Positions 48,060-59,055 are shown, counted from the stretch's first letter. The stretch is DNA of 64,000 nucleotides from Polyangiales bacterium (GCA_038231275.1 JBBRLQ010000004.1:256001-320000), one strand, 5' to 3'. A program made the numbers and translations. The notes: generated by a model not told the origin, from the sequence alone.

Positions 48060-49895
48060 GTGAAGCGCCTGACGTCGTGGCTCCAGGCGAGCGTGACGCG
48101 TGCGTGGCGGGAGAGCGATCTCCCGTCGCGGGTCGCGGGGCTTTCGGCCTTCGTCATCGCCCTCGCGATGCTCACGCGCGCGCTAGGCGGGCTCGCGCGG
48201 CACCTCGAGCTCGTGGGCGATCACGACTGGGACTCGCACCTCGTCTACCGCGAGCTGACGATGGCCAGCCTTCGCGAAGGCGAAATGCCGCTCTGGGCTC
48301 CTCATCTCTGCGGCGGCAATCCGCTCTGGGGGTACGCGGAGGGTGCGACGAACCTCGTGTCCCCGTACCTGCCGGCGTACCTCCTCTTGCCGATCTCGGT
48401 GGCGATCCGTGTCGAGGTCGCCGGCGCCGCGCTGACGATGGCGCTCGGGTGCTTTCTGCTCGCGGGGCGGTTCACGCGCAGGATCTCGCTGCGCGTGCTC
48501 GTGGTGGCGCTCGGGGCCGTCAACGGCCGCTGGGCGCTGCAGGTCGCGGCGGGGCACTCCTGGCACCTCCAGTATTGCTGGCTCCCGTTCGCCCTCTACT
48601 TCTTCGATCGCGCGCTCGAGCGCCGACGGTTCGGCGACGTATGCGCGACCGGCGCGGCGATTGCCCTCATCGCGTACACCGGCGGCGTCTATCCCCTGCC
48701 CCACACAGTCCTCGCGCTGGGGGTCTACGCCGTCGTGCTCGCCGTGAGCGCGCGCTCCCTGCGGCCGCTCGCCACCCTCGCCACGGTCGGCTTGGTCTCG
48801 CTGGGGTTGTCGGCGCCGAAGCTCCTCCCCGTGCTCCAGGTGATGCAGAGCTCGCCTCGCCTGATCGAGTCCTCCGAAGCATTCACGTTCTCGCAGCTCG
48901 TCACGGCGCTCACGGCGCGGTGGGACCGTCTCGGCCCCGACACGCCTCTGCCCTTCGAGCCCATCTGGTGGTGGCACGAGTACGGCATCTACGTCGGCTG
49001 GGCCGGCGCCCTCGTCATGGCGCTGGGGATCGCGCTGCCCGGCGATCGGCGGCTCGTCGCAATCAAGCTCACGGGGCTGTCGTTCCTGGTGCTGGGCTGC
49101 GGTGCGTTTCACCGCTTCGCGCCGTGGACGCTCCTTCACCTGGTGCCGCCGTTCTCGTCGCAGCACGTTCCGTCGCGCTTCCTTTATACGGCGGTGCTGC
49201 TGCTCGCGGTCTCGTGCGTCGGGAGCATCGACGCGCTGTGGCAGAGGCGCCTGCAAGGACGCGCGCGGTGGCTCGACGCGGCACTCCTCGCGCCGGTCGC
49301 ACTCATCTTCTTCGACGTGACGCGCTCGGCCGCGACGCTGATCCCGCTGGCCTTCACGCGCCCGCTGCCTACACTTGTTCGTTCGGCGTCGTTTCATCAC
49401 GTGACGGCCACACCGACGAAGATCGAGTTCGGAATCCCTGCGCCGATGATCATGCTCCCGACCGTGCGCGCCAACGAAGGCATCCTCACGTGCTATGGCA
49501 TCCCGCCCGTGTCGCACGCCGGCGCGCGCGCCGTGGACGGCGAAGGGTACCGCGGCGAGGCGTACGTGGACGAACGCGGCGACGCGCGGATCGTTGCCTG
49601 GACGACGCAGCACGCGGTCGTGGAGTACCAGAACGCCGCGCCGGGTGCGCACGTGGTCTACAACATGAATTTCCTGGAGGGGTGGCGCGCCGACGGGGAG
49701 CCGGCGGTGCCGTGGAACGACGCGGTGTCGACGCGCGCGACGGGGCCGAGCGGACGCATCGTGTTCCGGTACCGGCCGAGCACGTTCGTGCCGGGGGTCG
49801 CAATCGGCATAGCAACGGTCGTGATCCTGACGGGGCTCTTGGTCCGTCGGAAGAGGAGGAGCGGGTGCGCGCCTTCGCAAAGGGAATCGTCTTGA
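48060..49895 (+). CDS. YfhO-like GT-C membrane protein
   Basis: DHDWD loop, GEMPLWAPHLCGGNP, WHEYGIYVG, HVPSRF, C-terminal NMNFLEGW...FRYRP plus TM helix. Confidence 0.7.
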   Translation: MKRLTSWLQASVTRAWRESDLPSRVAGLSAFVIALAMLTRALGGLARHLELVGDHDWDSHLVYRELTMASLREGEMPLWAPHLCGGNPLWGYAEGATNLVSPYLPAYLLLPISVAIRVEVAGAALTMALGCFLLAGRFTRRISLRVLVVALGAVNGRWALQVAAGHSWHLQYCWLPFALYFFDRALERRRFGDVCATGAAIALIAYTGGVYPLPHTVLALGVYAVVLAVSARSLRPLATLATVGLVSLGLSAPKLLPVLQVMQSSPRLIESSEAFTFSQLVTALTARWDRLGPDTPLPFEPIWWWHEYGIYVGWAGALVMALGIALPGDRRLVAIKLTGLSFLVLGCGAFHRFAPWTLLHLVPPFSSQHVPSRFLYTAVLLLAVSCVGSIDALWQRRLQGRARWLDAALLAPVALIFFDVTRSAATLIPLAFTRPLPTLVRSASFHHVTATPTKIEFGIPAPMIMLPTVRANEGILTCYGIPPVSHAGARAVDGEGYRGEAYVDERGDARIVAWTTQHAVVEYQNAAPGAHVVYNMNFLEGWRADGEPAVPWNDAVSTRATGPSGRIVFRYRPSTFVPGVAIGIATVVILTGLLVRRKRRSGCAPSQRESS

Positions 49896-50827
49896 AAACG
49901 ACGGTTCGCGCGCTCGCTTGCGCAGCCGCGCTGGCCATGACTGCAGCGCTGTGCGCGGTCGGTGCGTGCGGCGAGGGCTTGGCGGTGAATCCCGTGGCCG
50001 CGGCGGACGCGGCGCTACCGGTCAGCGACGCCGGAGACTCCAGAAAGGATGGTCTCGCCGACGCCGCCTACACGTGCGGACCCGCGAGCGTGCTCGTCGC
50101 GCCACGGAGGCCCCTCCGCATCTTGTTCTTCACGAAGGAGACGCTCTTCTTTCACACCGGGGCCCACGCGAGCGGAGATGTCGCGCTCTCGCAGTATCTC
50201 CGCGCCCGCGGGCACGACGTCACCGTCTCCGCGAACACGGCGCTGTTCACGGACGACGGCCTCGCGGCGTTCGACGTAATCCTGTTCTTCGTCACATCTG
50301 GGAATTTTTTGACCGATCCCCAACGCCTCGCGTTCCAGGGGTTCGTCCACGCGGGCAAGGGCGTCGCCGGCGTTCATGCGGCGAGCGCCACGGAGCTCGA
50401 CTCGCAGTTCTTTCGCGATCTGATCGGTGCCACCTTCGCCGGCCACGGCAGCGGCGACGCTGGGATCATCCCCGCCCGCCTCATCGTGAACGCCAAGGAC
50501 AGCCCGCTCGTCTCGTTCCTCCCCGATCCGTGGGAGCGCGTCGACGAGTGGTACTACTACTCCGCGAACCCCGCGAAGAACGCCGCGCTGTCGCCGCTCC
50601 TGTCCCTCGACGAGTCGTCGATCGCCCAGTATTTCCCGGATTACCCCGACGCCGGCTTCTACGGAGCGGCGGGTCACCCGATGTCCTGGACGCAGCTCTT
50701 CCAGTGCGGCCGAATGTTCTACACCGCGCTCGGTCACACCGCGGCGTCGTACTCCGAGGAGCTCTTCCTCAGATCCATATCCAACGGAATCGAGTGGGCC
50801 GGCGCCCCGGCCAGCGAGCAACCCTGA
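49892..50827 (+). CDS. ThuA-like (class I GATase-like) domain exported protein
   Basis: ILFFTKE..FFH, GKGVAGVHAA, DEWY, HPMSW, GRMFYTALGH; TTG 49892 overlaps the previous stop. Confidence 0.85.
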   Translation: MKTTVRALACAAALAMTAALCAVGACGEGLAVNPVAAADAALPVSDAGDSRKDGLADAAYTCGPASVLVAPRRPLRILFFTKETLFFHTGAHASGDVALSQYLRARGHDVTVSANTALFTDDGLAAFDVILFFVTSGNFLTDPQRLAFQGFVHAGKGVAGVHAASATELDSQFFRDLIGATFAGHGSGDAGIIPARLIVNAKDSPLVSFLPDPWERVDEWYYYSANPAKNAALSPLLSLDESSIAQYFPDYPDAGFYGAAGHPMSWTQLFQCGRMFYTALGHTAASYSEELFLRSISNGIEWAGAPASEQP

Positions 50828-50836
50828 AGCGGACGC

Positions 50837-52969
50837 TCAGGGCATCGGATCAAAGCGCAGGTACTCGAGCGCCACGGCGTTGAAGTACTCCGGCTCGGTG
50901 TCGCTGAACTCGAATTCAAGCCGCTGAATCCCGTCCGCGCGAAGGGCGTCCTTGGGGATCACGAGCTCGTACCGAACGGCGCCCTTCTTGAACGGCGTCT
51001 CGGCCACCATCGTCCCGACCGGCGCCGATCCGTTCACGCGCAAGGTCAGCGCGATACCGTCCTTCGCCCCGAACCCGCTCGTCTCCACGTGGTAGGCGTG
51101 GTCGGGCGAGAGCCGGACGCGCAGCGCTGCGGTGCGCAGGCTGGGGCCGGCGGGGATCTCCTTCAGCCCCTTCAGCGTGAAGATCATCCGCTTCTTCTGG
51201 TGTCCATGCATCCAGGAGAAGCCACGATGGATCCCGTACTGCTCGGGCGGGCCGAAGCCGTACACTTTGTAAACGTCCGCCTGCTGCCCCTCGAAGTCGA
51301 TGAAGCGCGTGTCCCCCGTCGGCATGTGCTCGGTCTGGTACCGGTCGAACATCTCGAACGATACGCGGTGCAGGCGCACTCTGCCGGTGTCCACAATCGG
51401 CGGCGCAAGGCCGTAGATGATCTCTTCCATCTGAGCGTGCGGCTTCACCACGCGCGGTGTCCACTCGGAGACGTGCCCTTCCGGATCGCCGATCCACGAC
51501 CACCGCTTTTCCGCCCCGAAGAAGCTGTAGAGGATCTTGTCGAACGCCATCTTCTCGAGGTGCGTATACTCGATGTACGAGATCGGCTCCTCCGCGCCGT
51601 AGCGCTCGAAAAGCTCGCCGAAGCTCGCCACCGTTCGGTGCGTCGGCGCGCCAAGCGCGTGCCGATCGAAGTAGTAGCGGGTCGTCGCGTCGACGAGGCA
51701 GTTGGTGACCACGATGTTGCGATGATCGTCGGCAAGACCTTTCTGCACCTCACGGATGTCGCTTCGCTCCAGGAACACCTTGTCGAACCTGGAGAGCGCG
51801 CGGAGCTGCCACGCGCCGACGAAGGCCATCGTGAGGAGCGCTGCGGCGCGCTTGCGGCTCGACGACGAGTCCCACAACGTCGCCAGCAGCGAGCCGCCAC
51901 CGATCGCGAAGTACGGCAGGAACGCGAGCGTCGGATGGTACTGCTCGCAGAAGAGCTGCGTGAAGAGGATCAGGAACGGGAGGCCGGCGCCCAACACGAG
52001 GAGCGGCGACGCGCGAACGTCCGTCTTGACACCCCTCAGCCGGTCGGCGACCGCGATGAGGTGCGCCCCGAGCAGCACGAAGAACGGCGGGCCGAAGAAT
52101 CGCCAGAGCCGATACATGAGGAGCGGAGCGATGGCGTCCTTGTACTCGGGCGCGTGCTGCGATGTCGCGCGCTCCTGGAACTGGAAGATGAAGTCCGCGA
52201 GGAAGCCGTGCCACCCAACCGCCCACACGACGAGGAGCGTCTTCGCCAGCACGGCGCCGATCAAGGCGGCTGCGCCGGTGAGGAGCAGCTGCCTCGCGCG
52301 CGGCTCGAACAAGCGCAGGCCCATCGTGAGGACCGTGGCGCCGAGCATGAGCGGCAAGAAAAAATAGTAGTCGTACGACGCGAGACCGCAGAAGAAGACC
52401 GCCGCCGCGAGCCCGCCTAGGTTCTTCGGTCCGCCGCCGCCGAGCCAGCGCGCAGCCGCATACAACGCGCCGAAGCCCGTGAACCAGTAAAGCGGGATGT
52501 GATGGATCGTGTCTGCGTATTGGAGAAAGAGTAGGTTGAACGAGAAGAGCGGCAAGGCGAAGAGCGCCGCTGTCTTTCCCCACACGAGGCTGACGTACCG
52601 GAAGAAGAGCGCGAGCGCGCCGAAGGTGAACGCCAGCGCGACGATCCGGAAGACCGAGATGTCGGCGGCGCCGAAGATGGTTTGCTCGAAGCCGTTCAGG
52701 ATGTCGGGAAGCGGCGGGTAGTGCGTGTAGCGCAGCGACTCGTCCGTGAGCGGGCCTACGTCGATGACCGGCGTGAACGCCAGCCTGGCGAAGCCGTCAC
52801 GCGCGAAGAACCTCCCGGACGTGAGCACGTTCAGGTCGGACCATGGGTCGCCCCAGTTGAGGCGCAGCGGCTGCGGCGCGCTCGCGATGAGGTAGGCGAC
52901 GACGGCGCCCGTCGCGATCGCGCTGACGGCCACGAGGGGACGGCGGTCGCCGCTTTCGCTCTTGCCCAT
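50837..52969 (-). CDS. GT-C-fold (ArnT-like) membrane glycosyltransferase with C-terminal periplasmic domain
   Basis: NWGDPWSD loop, YTHYPPLPD, many TM helices; paralog of 55447-57582. Confidence 0.7.
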   Translation of the reverse strand: MGKSESGDRRPLVAVSAIATGAVVAYLIASAPQPLRLNWGDPWSDLNVLTSGRFFARDGFARLAFTPVIDVGPLTDESLRYTHYPPLPDILNGFEQTIFGAADISVFRIVALAFTFGALALFFRYVSLVWGKTAALFALPLFSFNLLFLQYADTIHHIPLYWFTGFGALYAAARWLGGGGPKNLGGLAAAVFFCGLASYDYYFFLPLMLGATVLTMGLRLFEPRARQLLLTGAAALIGAVLAKTLLVVWAVGWHGFLADFIFQFQERATSQHAPEYKDAIAPLLMYRLWRFFGPPFFVLLGAHLIAVADRLRGVKTDVRASPLLVLGAGLPFLILFTQLFCEQYHPTLAFLPYFAIGGGSLLATLWDSSSSRKRAAALLTMAFVGAWQLRALSRFDKVFLERSDIREVQKGLADDHRNIVVTNCLVDATTRYYFDRHALGAPTHRTVASFGELFERYGAEEPISYIEYTHLEKMAFDKILYSFFGAEKRWSWIGDPEGHVSEWTPRVVKPHAQMEEIIYGLAPPIVDTGRVRLHRVSFEMFDRYQTEHMPTGDTRFIDFEGQQADVYKVYGFGPPEQYGIHRGFSWMHGHQKKRMIFTLKGLKEIPAGPSLRTAALRVRLSPDHAYHVETSGFGAKDGIALTLRVNGSAPVGTMVAETPFKKGAVRYELVIPKDALRADGIQRLEFEFSDTEPEYFNAVALEYLRFDPMP

Positions 52970-53068
52970 CGTGGGGGACTCTTACCCCAAGTGGCGGTAG
53001 CGTCGCATCAAAATGCTAGCGCCGCCCTGCGCTGGACATCCCGACACCTTAGAGGTAGGCCACGCCGC

Positions 53069-53956
53069 ATGTCCGCTGAAGCGTCCCCGTCCGTCCCCGC
53101 GCGCGCTTGCGAGGTTTGCGGAGGACTCGCCTTCGAGTCTTTCATGCAAAAGGAAGAGCACACGTTCACACGGTGTCAGCAGTGCAGCCTCGAGCGCATC
53201 GATCCGCAGCCGACCGACGCGACGCTCGCGAAGATCTACGGCGAGCACTACTACGACGCCTGGGGCCTCCAGACCGATCGCGAGTCAGTCGAGGCCATCA
53301 AGCGGGGGACGTTCGAGCGCGTGCTCAAGGGGCTCGGCGATCTCCCGCGCGGCGCCCGCGTGCTCGACTGCGGCGCCGCGACCGGCTTCCTCATGCAGGT
53401 CGCGCAGGGCATGGGCTGGGACCCGTTCGGTGCAGAGCTGAGCGAGTTCGGCGCCGGCGAGATCGCGAAGCGCTTCGGGAAGGACCACGTCCACCAGGGC
53501 CAGCTCGAAGCGGCGCCGTGGTCTGACGGTCACTTCGACGCGGTCACGATGTGCGACTACGTCGAGCACGTACGCGATCCGGAGGGCACGCTGCGGCGCG
53601 TCCACTGCCTGTTGAAGAAGGGCGGCAAGGTCGCCATCACGATGCCGCGTGTCGGCTCGGCGACGTACAAGGCGATGGGCCCTCGCTGGACGCACTACAA
53701 GATCGAGCACCTCTACTACTTCAGCGTGAAGAACTTGGGGCAGCTCCTCGGACGCATCGGCTTCGGCGACTACACGGGCAGGGCGCTCGTGAAGACGATG
53801 AACATCCGGTACATGGCGCACCAGTTCGACGTCTACCCGCACCCCGTCCTCACGCCGATCGTCCGCGGCGCGCGCGCGATCGTGCCCGGCTCGATCCAGC
53901 GCGCGAATTTCCCGATCGCGATGGGCGAACTCGTGGCGTACGCGACGAAGGTCTGA
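53069..53956 (+). CDS. Class I SAM-dependent methyltransferase with N-terminal zinc ribbon
   Basis: CEVC...CQQC; VLDCGAATG, FDAVTMCDYVEH, EHLYYFS; ATG 53069. Confidence 0.9.
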   Translation: MSAEASPSVPARACEVCGGLAFESFMQKEEHTFTRCQQCSLERIDPQPTDATLAKIYGEHYYDAWGLQTDRESVEAIKRGTFERVLKGLGDLPRGARVLDCGAATGFLMQVAQGMGWDPFGAELSEFGAGEIAKRFGKDHVHQGQLEAAPWSDGHFDAVTMCDYVEHVRDPEGTLRRVHCLLKKGGKVAITMPRVGSATYKAMGPRWTHYKIEHLYYFSVKNLGQLLGRIGFGDYTGRALVKTMNIRYMAHQFDVYPHPVLTPIVRGARAIVPGSIQRANFPIAMGELVAYATKV

Positions 53957-53974
53957 CCGCGCTGGGCCCTGGCG

Positions 53975-55234
53975 TCACGCGCTCACCCGATGACGCCCCC
54001 GTGCCCGCGCGATCTGTCCGTCGGGCATGAGCGCGCGCACCTCTTCGAGGACCCGCTCAACGCTGACCGCCTTCGCCGCGACGTTGGTGATGACGTCGAG
54101 TGGGGTGCCCGCCACGACGTCTTTGCCATTGTACACCGTGAAGAGCGGAATCGAATAGAGCGCCGGCGCCACCGAACGTGTCCGCGGGCCGAGCGGCGCG
54201 AAGAGCGTCGGCGTGTCGGCGAAGAAGAGGCCGACGACGGGAACGTCCACGAGACACGCCAGGTGCATCGGACCGCTGTCGTTGGAGACGACGAGATCGG
54301 ACTGCGCGAAGAGGGCCAGCAGCTCACGCAGGGAGAGCTCGCCGGCGAGCGAGACCACGTGCGGACTCTTCACCTTCGCGACGAGGCGCTCGACGTACTC
54401 CCGCTCGCTCTTTGCGCCGATGAGCGTCACGAACGTGTCTGGGAAGTCGCGGAGGATCTTGCTCGCGAGCTCCACGTAGCGCTCCTCGGGCCACTTGCGG
54501 ACCTCGGGCGCGAGATCCGGCGAGGTGTTCGCGTTGAGGACGACCACCCGACGGTTGCCGGCACCGCGAGCCGCGAGCAGCGATCGCACGCGCTCGGCCG
54601 AGGCGACGTCAACGTCGACGCGCGGATACGAGTAGCGCTGCCGGAACTTTTCGAAGTCGAGGTAGTAGAGGTCGCGCGTAGCGAGCAAGTAGACGAGGGA
54701 CAGGAAGATGTCCTTCGTGTGGAAGTAGTGGTTGTACGTGCCAGGCACGTCGAGGAGCGTCTTGCGCCACGGCTCCGGTGTCAGGCAGAAGCCCGCGCAC
54801 TTTTCGATACCGACGACCCCCGCCAGGACGAGCGGAAACTTCGCGAAGAACTCGAAGTCGACGAGCAGATCGATGTTCTCCTTCCGGAGCGCGTACGCGA
54901 CCTCCAGCGTGCTGCGCGCGAACGCCGCCGGGGATGAGTTGTCCACGAACCACGCGTGGTCGGCCAGGCCGAGGATCTTCAGGATCTCCGCGTTCGACGC
55001 GAACGTGATGACGTGGATCTCGGCGTCCGGGTACGCGTCGCGCAGGGCCGCGAAAGCCGGCGACGCGACGACGATCGAGCCCATGCCGAAGAATTTCGCG
55101 ACCGCGATCTTTCGCAGCGGCCGCACGTCCGTCGCCGATCCGCGGCGCCTCAGGCGCTTGCGTAGCGCGAAGGCAGAGCATGCGACGTTGCCGACCGTCT
55201 GGTCGATCTGCCGCATCAATTTGACGTTGAACAT
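53975..55234 (-). CDS. GT9 (ADP-heptose heptosyltransferase-like) glycosyltransferase
   Basis: GMGSIV, RKWPEERY, LAGELSLREL, VSNDSGPMHLA; ATG 55234. Confidence 0.88.
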   Translation of the reverse strand: MFNVKLMRQIDQTVGNVACSAFALRKRLRRRGSATDVRPLRKIAVAKFFGMGSIVVASPAFAALRDAYPDAEIHVITFASNAEILKILGLADHAWFVDNSSPAAFARSTLEVAYALRKENIDLLVDFEFFAKFPLVLAGVVGIEKCAGFCLTPEPWRKTLLDVPGTYNHYFHTKDIFLSLVYLLATRDLYYLDFEKFRQRYSYPRVDVDVASAERVRSLLAARGAGNRRVVVLNANTSPDLAPEVRKWPEERYVELASKILRDFPDTFVTLIGAKSEREYVERLVAKVKSPHVVSLAGELSLRELLALFAQSDLVVSNDSGPMHLACLVDVPVVGLFFADTPTLFAPLGPRTRSVAPALYSIPLFTVYNGKDVVAGTPLDVITNVAAKAVSVERVLEEVRALMPDGQIARARGRHRVSA

Positions 55235-55446
55235 CGGGGTGGTCCTTGAAGAAAGTCGGGTGACGAAAGCGGAAGAATTGCCGGTACTAGGTAGGAGAGT
55301 TGCCACCCACGGCACATCGAGTCAAGCGCGTCGCGCGCGGCCGACGTTCCGTTGCTTGCGCGGGATCCCGAATCTTTCTCGTCCGTTGAGCACCGAGGCG
55401 GGACACTTGCTCCGTCCCGAAACCGTGCGCTAAAGTCCCGCCCCCC

Positions 55447-57582
55447 ATGGCTTCGGCGCAATCGCGCCTCGACCGCTGGCTTCCCTGGACGAGCGCAGGA
55501 GTGCTCAGCGCCGCGGCGCTCTACCTGACTCAGAGCGTCGGTGAGCCGCTTCGCATGAATTGGGGCGATCCTTGGTCGGACGCCAACGTGCAAACCTCAG
55601 GGCGAATCTTCGCGCGAGACGGGTTCATCAAGAACGCGTTCACGCCGACGCTCGACGTCGAGCCACTCACTCCCGAAGCGCTGAGATACACCCACTACCC
55701 ACCGCTGCCGGATCTGATCAACGGCGTGGAGCAGAGGATCTTCGGAGCGCGCGACATCTCGTTTTATCGAGTCTTCGCGCTCGCGATGTCCTTCGCGGCG
55801 ATGGTGCTGTTCTTTCGCTGGGTGCGACGCCTCTGGGGCCGGGAGACCGCGCTCTTCGCGACCCCGCTCTTCGCCTCGAACCTCCTCTTCCTCGAGTACG
55901 CCGACACGATCCACCACGTGCCCATCTACTGGAGCACCGGCTTCGGCGCGCTCGCGGCAGCGGCCGCGTGGCTGACGGACGGAAGACGCGGGGCGCTGGC
56001 GGCCACGTTCGTCGCGATTTTTCTCTGCCTGTTCGCGTCCTACGACTTCTATTTCTTCTTGCCGCTCAGCCTGCTCGCGACGGTGCTCGTCCTCCGTGTC
56101 CCGCTGAAGGACGGTCGCGTCAGGGCGCTCCTCGCGGTGAGCGCAGGAGCGGCGTTGCTGTCGGTGTCCGCGAAGACGCTCTGCGTGATCTGGGCCGTCG
56201 GCGCGAAGGAGTTCTGGGCGGACTTCGTCTTTCAGTTCTTCGAGCGCGCCACCGCCCGCCACGCCGACGATTACACTGGCGCGTTCCAGGCCATCCTCAT
56301 CGGGCGCGCGTGGCGCTTCTTCGGTCCTTTGGTCCTCGTCGCGTTCGTCGCGCAACTGCACGCGGTCGCGGCGCGATGGTGGAGGGACGAGCGAACGACG
56401 GACCCGACGCCGCTTTGGCTCCTCGTTGCGGGCGTTCCGTTCATCGCGCTCTTCACCCAGCTCTTCTGCGAGCAGTACCACGCGATGCTCCAGCTCTTGC
56501 CGTACTACGCCGTCGGCGTCGGCTCGGTGCTGGCGCGTCTATGGGGCCGCGCCACGGCTCGTGCGCAGGCGCTGGCCCTCGGCGCACTCCTTTTCTGCGG
56601 CGTCTGGCAGGTCGTCGAGGTCGTCCGCTTCCCCAAGACGTTCTTCGAACGCGAGGACATCGCCGCGGTCCGCAAGATCCTCGACGATACCGACACGCGA
56701 CGCTTCGTGCTCACCAACGCCATCGTCGACGCCTCGGTCCGCAACTACTGGAACCGGCACTCGCTCACGATGCCGTATTCACGCGAGCCGCTGCAGGCCC
56801 ACAACCTCTTCGACATCTACGGCCACGACGGGCCCATCACGGTGATCGAGTTCACCGACATCGCCGACGAGGCGTACGACAAGGGGATGTACCGCCTCTT
56901 CGCGCCGGAGCGACGGTGGCCCTGGGTCGCCGATCCGTTCCCGTACCGCCACGAATGGCGGGCGCGCATGGATGCGCTGAGGAAGTCGGTCGCGGAGAGC
57001 GGCAGCTACCTCGGCACGGTCGTCTACGAGTCGAAGAACCTGCGCGTTCGCTCGATGACGCTGGAGGGGCTCGACAAGGTGCAGCGCGCGCTCGTTCCGG
57101 AAGAGGAGACGCGCTTCATCGACTTCGAGACGAAGTGGGCCGATCGCCACAAGCTGTACGGTTTCGGCGCCGCCGAGCAGTACGATCGCCAGCATGGCTT
57201 TGCTTGGCTTCAGGCCAGAACCCCGATCGAGCTCATCTTCACGTTGCAGGGGCTGCGACCGAAGAAGGAGCACGGCGAGCCTATTCGTACGAGCGCGCTG
57301 CGCGTTCGCCTCGCGCCGGGCCGCGACTACCAGCTCACCGCGGTCGGATGGACCGAGTTCAAGGAGCAGACGCTGACCTTACGTGTGAACGGCGCGATCG
57401 GCGAGACGATCGCGGCCGGAGCGCCGAACGGCGTGCGCATCTACGAGCTCACGATCCGCGGAGAATCGCTGCGCGCGGACGGGATCCAGGATCTCGAATT
57501 TTCGTACCCGCTGTGCGACAGGCACGGAAACGGCTTGCTACTTCATAGCGTGCGGTTCGATCCGGCGACGCCCGCGCGATAG
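55447..57582 (+). CDS. GT-C-fold membrane glycosyltransferase, paralog of 50837-52969
   Basis: NWGDPWSD, YTHYPPLPD, YADTIHH, FTQLFCEQYH, LRADGIQ shared with the paralog; TTGCTC-N18-TAAAGT upstream. Confidence 0.7.
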   Translation: MASAQSRLDRWLPWTSAGVLSAAALYLTQSVGEPLRMNWGDPWSDANVQTSGRIFARDGFIKNAFTPTLDVEPLTPEALRYTHYPPLPDLINGVEQRIFGARDISFYRVFALAMSFAAMVLFFRWVRRLWGRETALFATPLFASNLLFLEYADTIHHVPIYWSTGFGALAAAAAWLTDGRRGALAATFVAIFLCLFASYDFYFFLPLSLLATVLVLRVPLKDGRVRALLAVSAGAALLSVSAKTLCVIWAVGAKEFWADFVFQFFERATARHADDYTGAFQAILIGRAWRFFGPLVLVAFVAQLHAVAARWWRDERTTDPTPLWLLVAGVPFIALFTQLFCEQYHAMLQLLPYYAVGVGSVLARLWGRATARAQALALGALLFCGVWQVVEVVRFPKTFFEREDIAAVRKILDDTDTRRFVLTNAIVDASVRNYWNRHSLTMPYSREPLQAHNLFDIYGHDGPITVIEFTDIADEAYDKGMYRLFAPERRWPWVADPFPYRHEWRARMDALRKSVAESGSYLGTVVYESKNLRVRSMTLEGLDKVQRALVPEEETRFIDFETKWADRHKLYGFGAAEQYDRQHGFAWLQARTPIELIFTLQGLRPKKEHGEPIRTSALRVRLAPGRDYQLTAVGWTEFKEQTLTLRVNGAIGETIAAGAPNGVRIYELTIRGESLRADGIQDLEFSYPLCDRHGNGLLLHSVRFDPATPAR

Positions 57583-57587
57583 AACGC

Positions 57588-58568
57588 TCAACGAAAGGCG
57601 TCGATCAGCTCTTCGTGCCGAACCGCCACGGTCCCCGCGCGCGATACGGCGATGCTCGCCGCCTGCGTGGCGAGCGCGAGCGCGTCGAAGACGGGCACCC
57701 CCGCCGCCAGCGCCAGCGTCAGCGTACCCACCACCGTGTCCCCCGCCCCCGTGACGTCGAACACCGAACGCGCGACCGTCGGAAGGTGAATCGGCGCGGC
57801 GCTCGCGGAGAGGAGCGTCATCCCATGCGCGCCGCGCGTGATGAGCAGCGATGCGCCGCCCAGCGTCGGCAGGAGCTTGTTGCCGGCCTCCACGATGGCG
57901 CCGTCCACGTTGTGAGTGTTCACGCCGGAGGCGATCTCGAGCTCGAGAACGTTCGGCGTGATCACCGTCGAGCCGGTGTATTTCGCGAAGTCCCGCCCCT
58001 TCGGATCGATGACGACCGGGAGCGATCGGCGCTTTCCCGCCGCAACGACCGCGCGCGCCACCGCGTCGGACACGACACCCTTCGCGTAGTCGCTGATCAC
58101 GATCGCGTCGGCCTCGGCGGCGCGCGACTCGATCATCGCGATCAGCTCATTCTCGAGCCGCGGCGACAGCGGATCGCGCGACTCGACGTCGACCCGGACG
58201 ATCTGCTGGGTGCGCGCCACGATGCGGAGCTTGTGCGTCGTCGGGCGTTCGCCGCTGAAGACGAGCCCGTCGATGTCGATCCCCCGCTCGCCGAGGGCGC
58301 CGCGCAAGCTCGTGCCGGTGGCGTCGGTGCCGACGAGGCCGATGATCGACGCGCGACCGCCCAGGCTGACGACGTTGGCGGCCGCGTTGGCGGCGCCGCC
58401 TGGGCTCACCGAGCGCTCCGTGAGGTCGACGACCGGGACCGGTGCCTCGGGGGAGATGCGCCCGACGTCGCCGCGGACGGTCTCGTCGAGCATCACGTCG
58501 CCCACGACGACGACGTGCTTTCCCTGGAAGCGTTGAACCAGCTGCGCGGCTCTCTCGTGGGTCAGCAT
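57588..58568 (-). CDS. rfaE1: D-glycero-beta-D-manno-heptose-7-phosphate kinase (HldE kinase half)
   Basis: VGDVMLD, RISPEAPVPVV, ISDYAKG, TPNVLE, FDVTGAGDTV. Confidence 0.93.
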   Translation of the reverse strand: MLTHERAAQLVQRFQGKHVVVVGDVMLDETVRGDVGRISPEAPVPVVDLTERSVSPGGAANAAANVVSLGGRASIIGLVGTDATGTSLRGALGERGIDIDGLVFSGERPTTHKLRIVARTQQIVRVDVESRDPLSPRLENELIAMIESRAAEADAIVISDYAKGVVSDAVARAVVAAGKRRSLPVVIDPKGRDFAKYTGSTVITPNVLELEIASGVNTHNVDGAIVEAGNKLLPTLGGASLLITRGAHGMTLLSASAAPIHLPTVARSVFDVTGAGDTVVGTLTLALAAGVPVFDALALATQAASIAVSRAGTVAVRHEELIDAFR

Positions 58569-59050
58569 GACGCCCCGTTGTCCAACGATTTGATGGCTCG
58601 CGTCCAGTCCCCTGTGAAGAGCACGCCGCGGGCCCCCGCCGCCTCGCCAGCCGCGACGTCCGACGGCTTGTCGCCGACGATGACTGACGCCGTCACGTCG
58701 AGACCTAGCTCACGCGCCGCCTCGAGGAGCATGCCCGGCTTGGGCTTCCTGCATTCGCAGCCGTCGTCGGGGCCGTGCACGCAGTGGTAAGCGCCCGCGA
58801 AGGTGACGCCCTCCGCGGCGAGGAGCTCACACAATCGCGCGTGGACCGCCGCTAGCTGCTCGGGTCGAATGAGCCCGCGCGCGACGCCCGACTGGTTGCT
58901 GACGAGGACGAGCGCGTACCCGCGTGACGAAAGCGCGCGCATCGCGTCGATCGCGCCCGGAATGAAGCGGATCCGCGACGGATCGGCGAGGTACACCTCG
59001 TCGAAGATGATCGTCCCGTCGCGATCGAGGAAGACCGCCTTCTTCACCAC
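58562..59050 (-). CDS. gmhB: D,D-heptose 1,7-bisphosphate phosphatase
   Basis: AVFLDRDGT, SNQSG, CVH...CECRKPKPGM, VGDKPSD; GTG start near 59050. Confidence 0.93.
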   Translation of the reverse strand: MVKKAVFLDRDGTIIFDEVYLADPSRIRFIPGAIDAMRALSSRGYALVLVSNQSGVARGLIRPEQLAAVHARLCELLAAEGVTFAGAYHCVHGPDDGCECRKPKPGMLLEAARELGLDVTASVIVGDKPSDVAAGEAAGARGVLFTGDWTRAIKSLDNGASC

Positions 59051-59055
59051 GACGC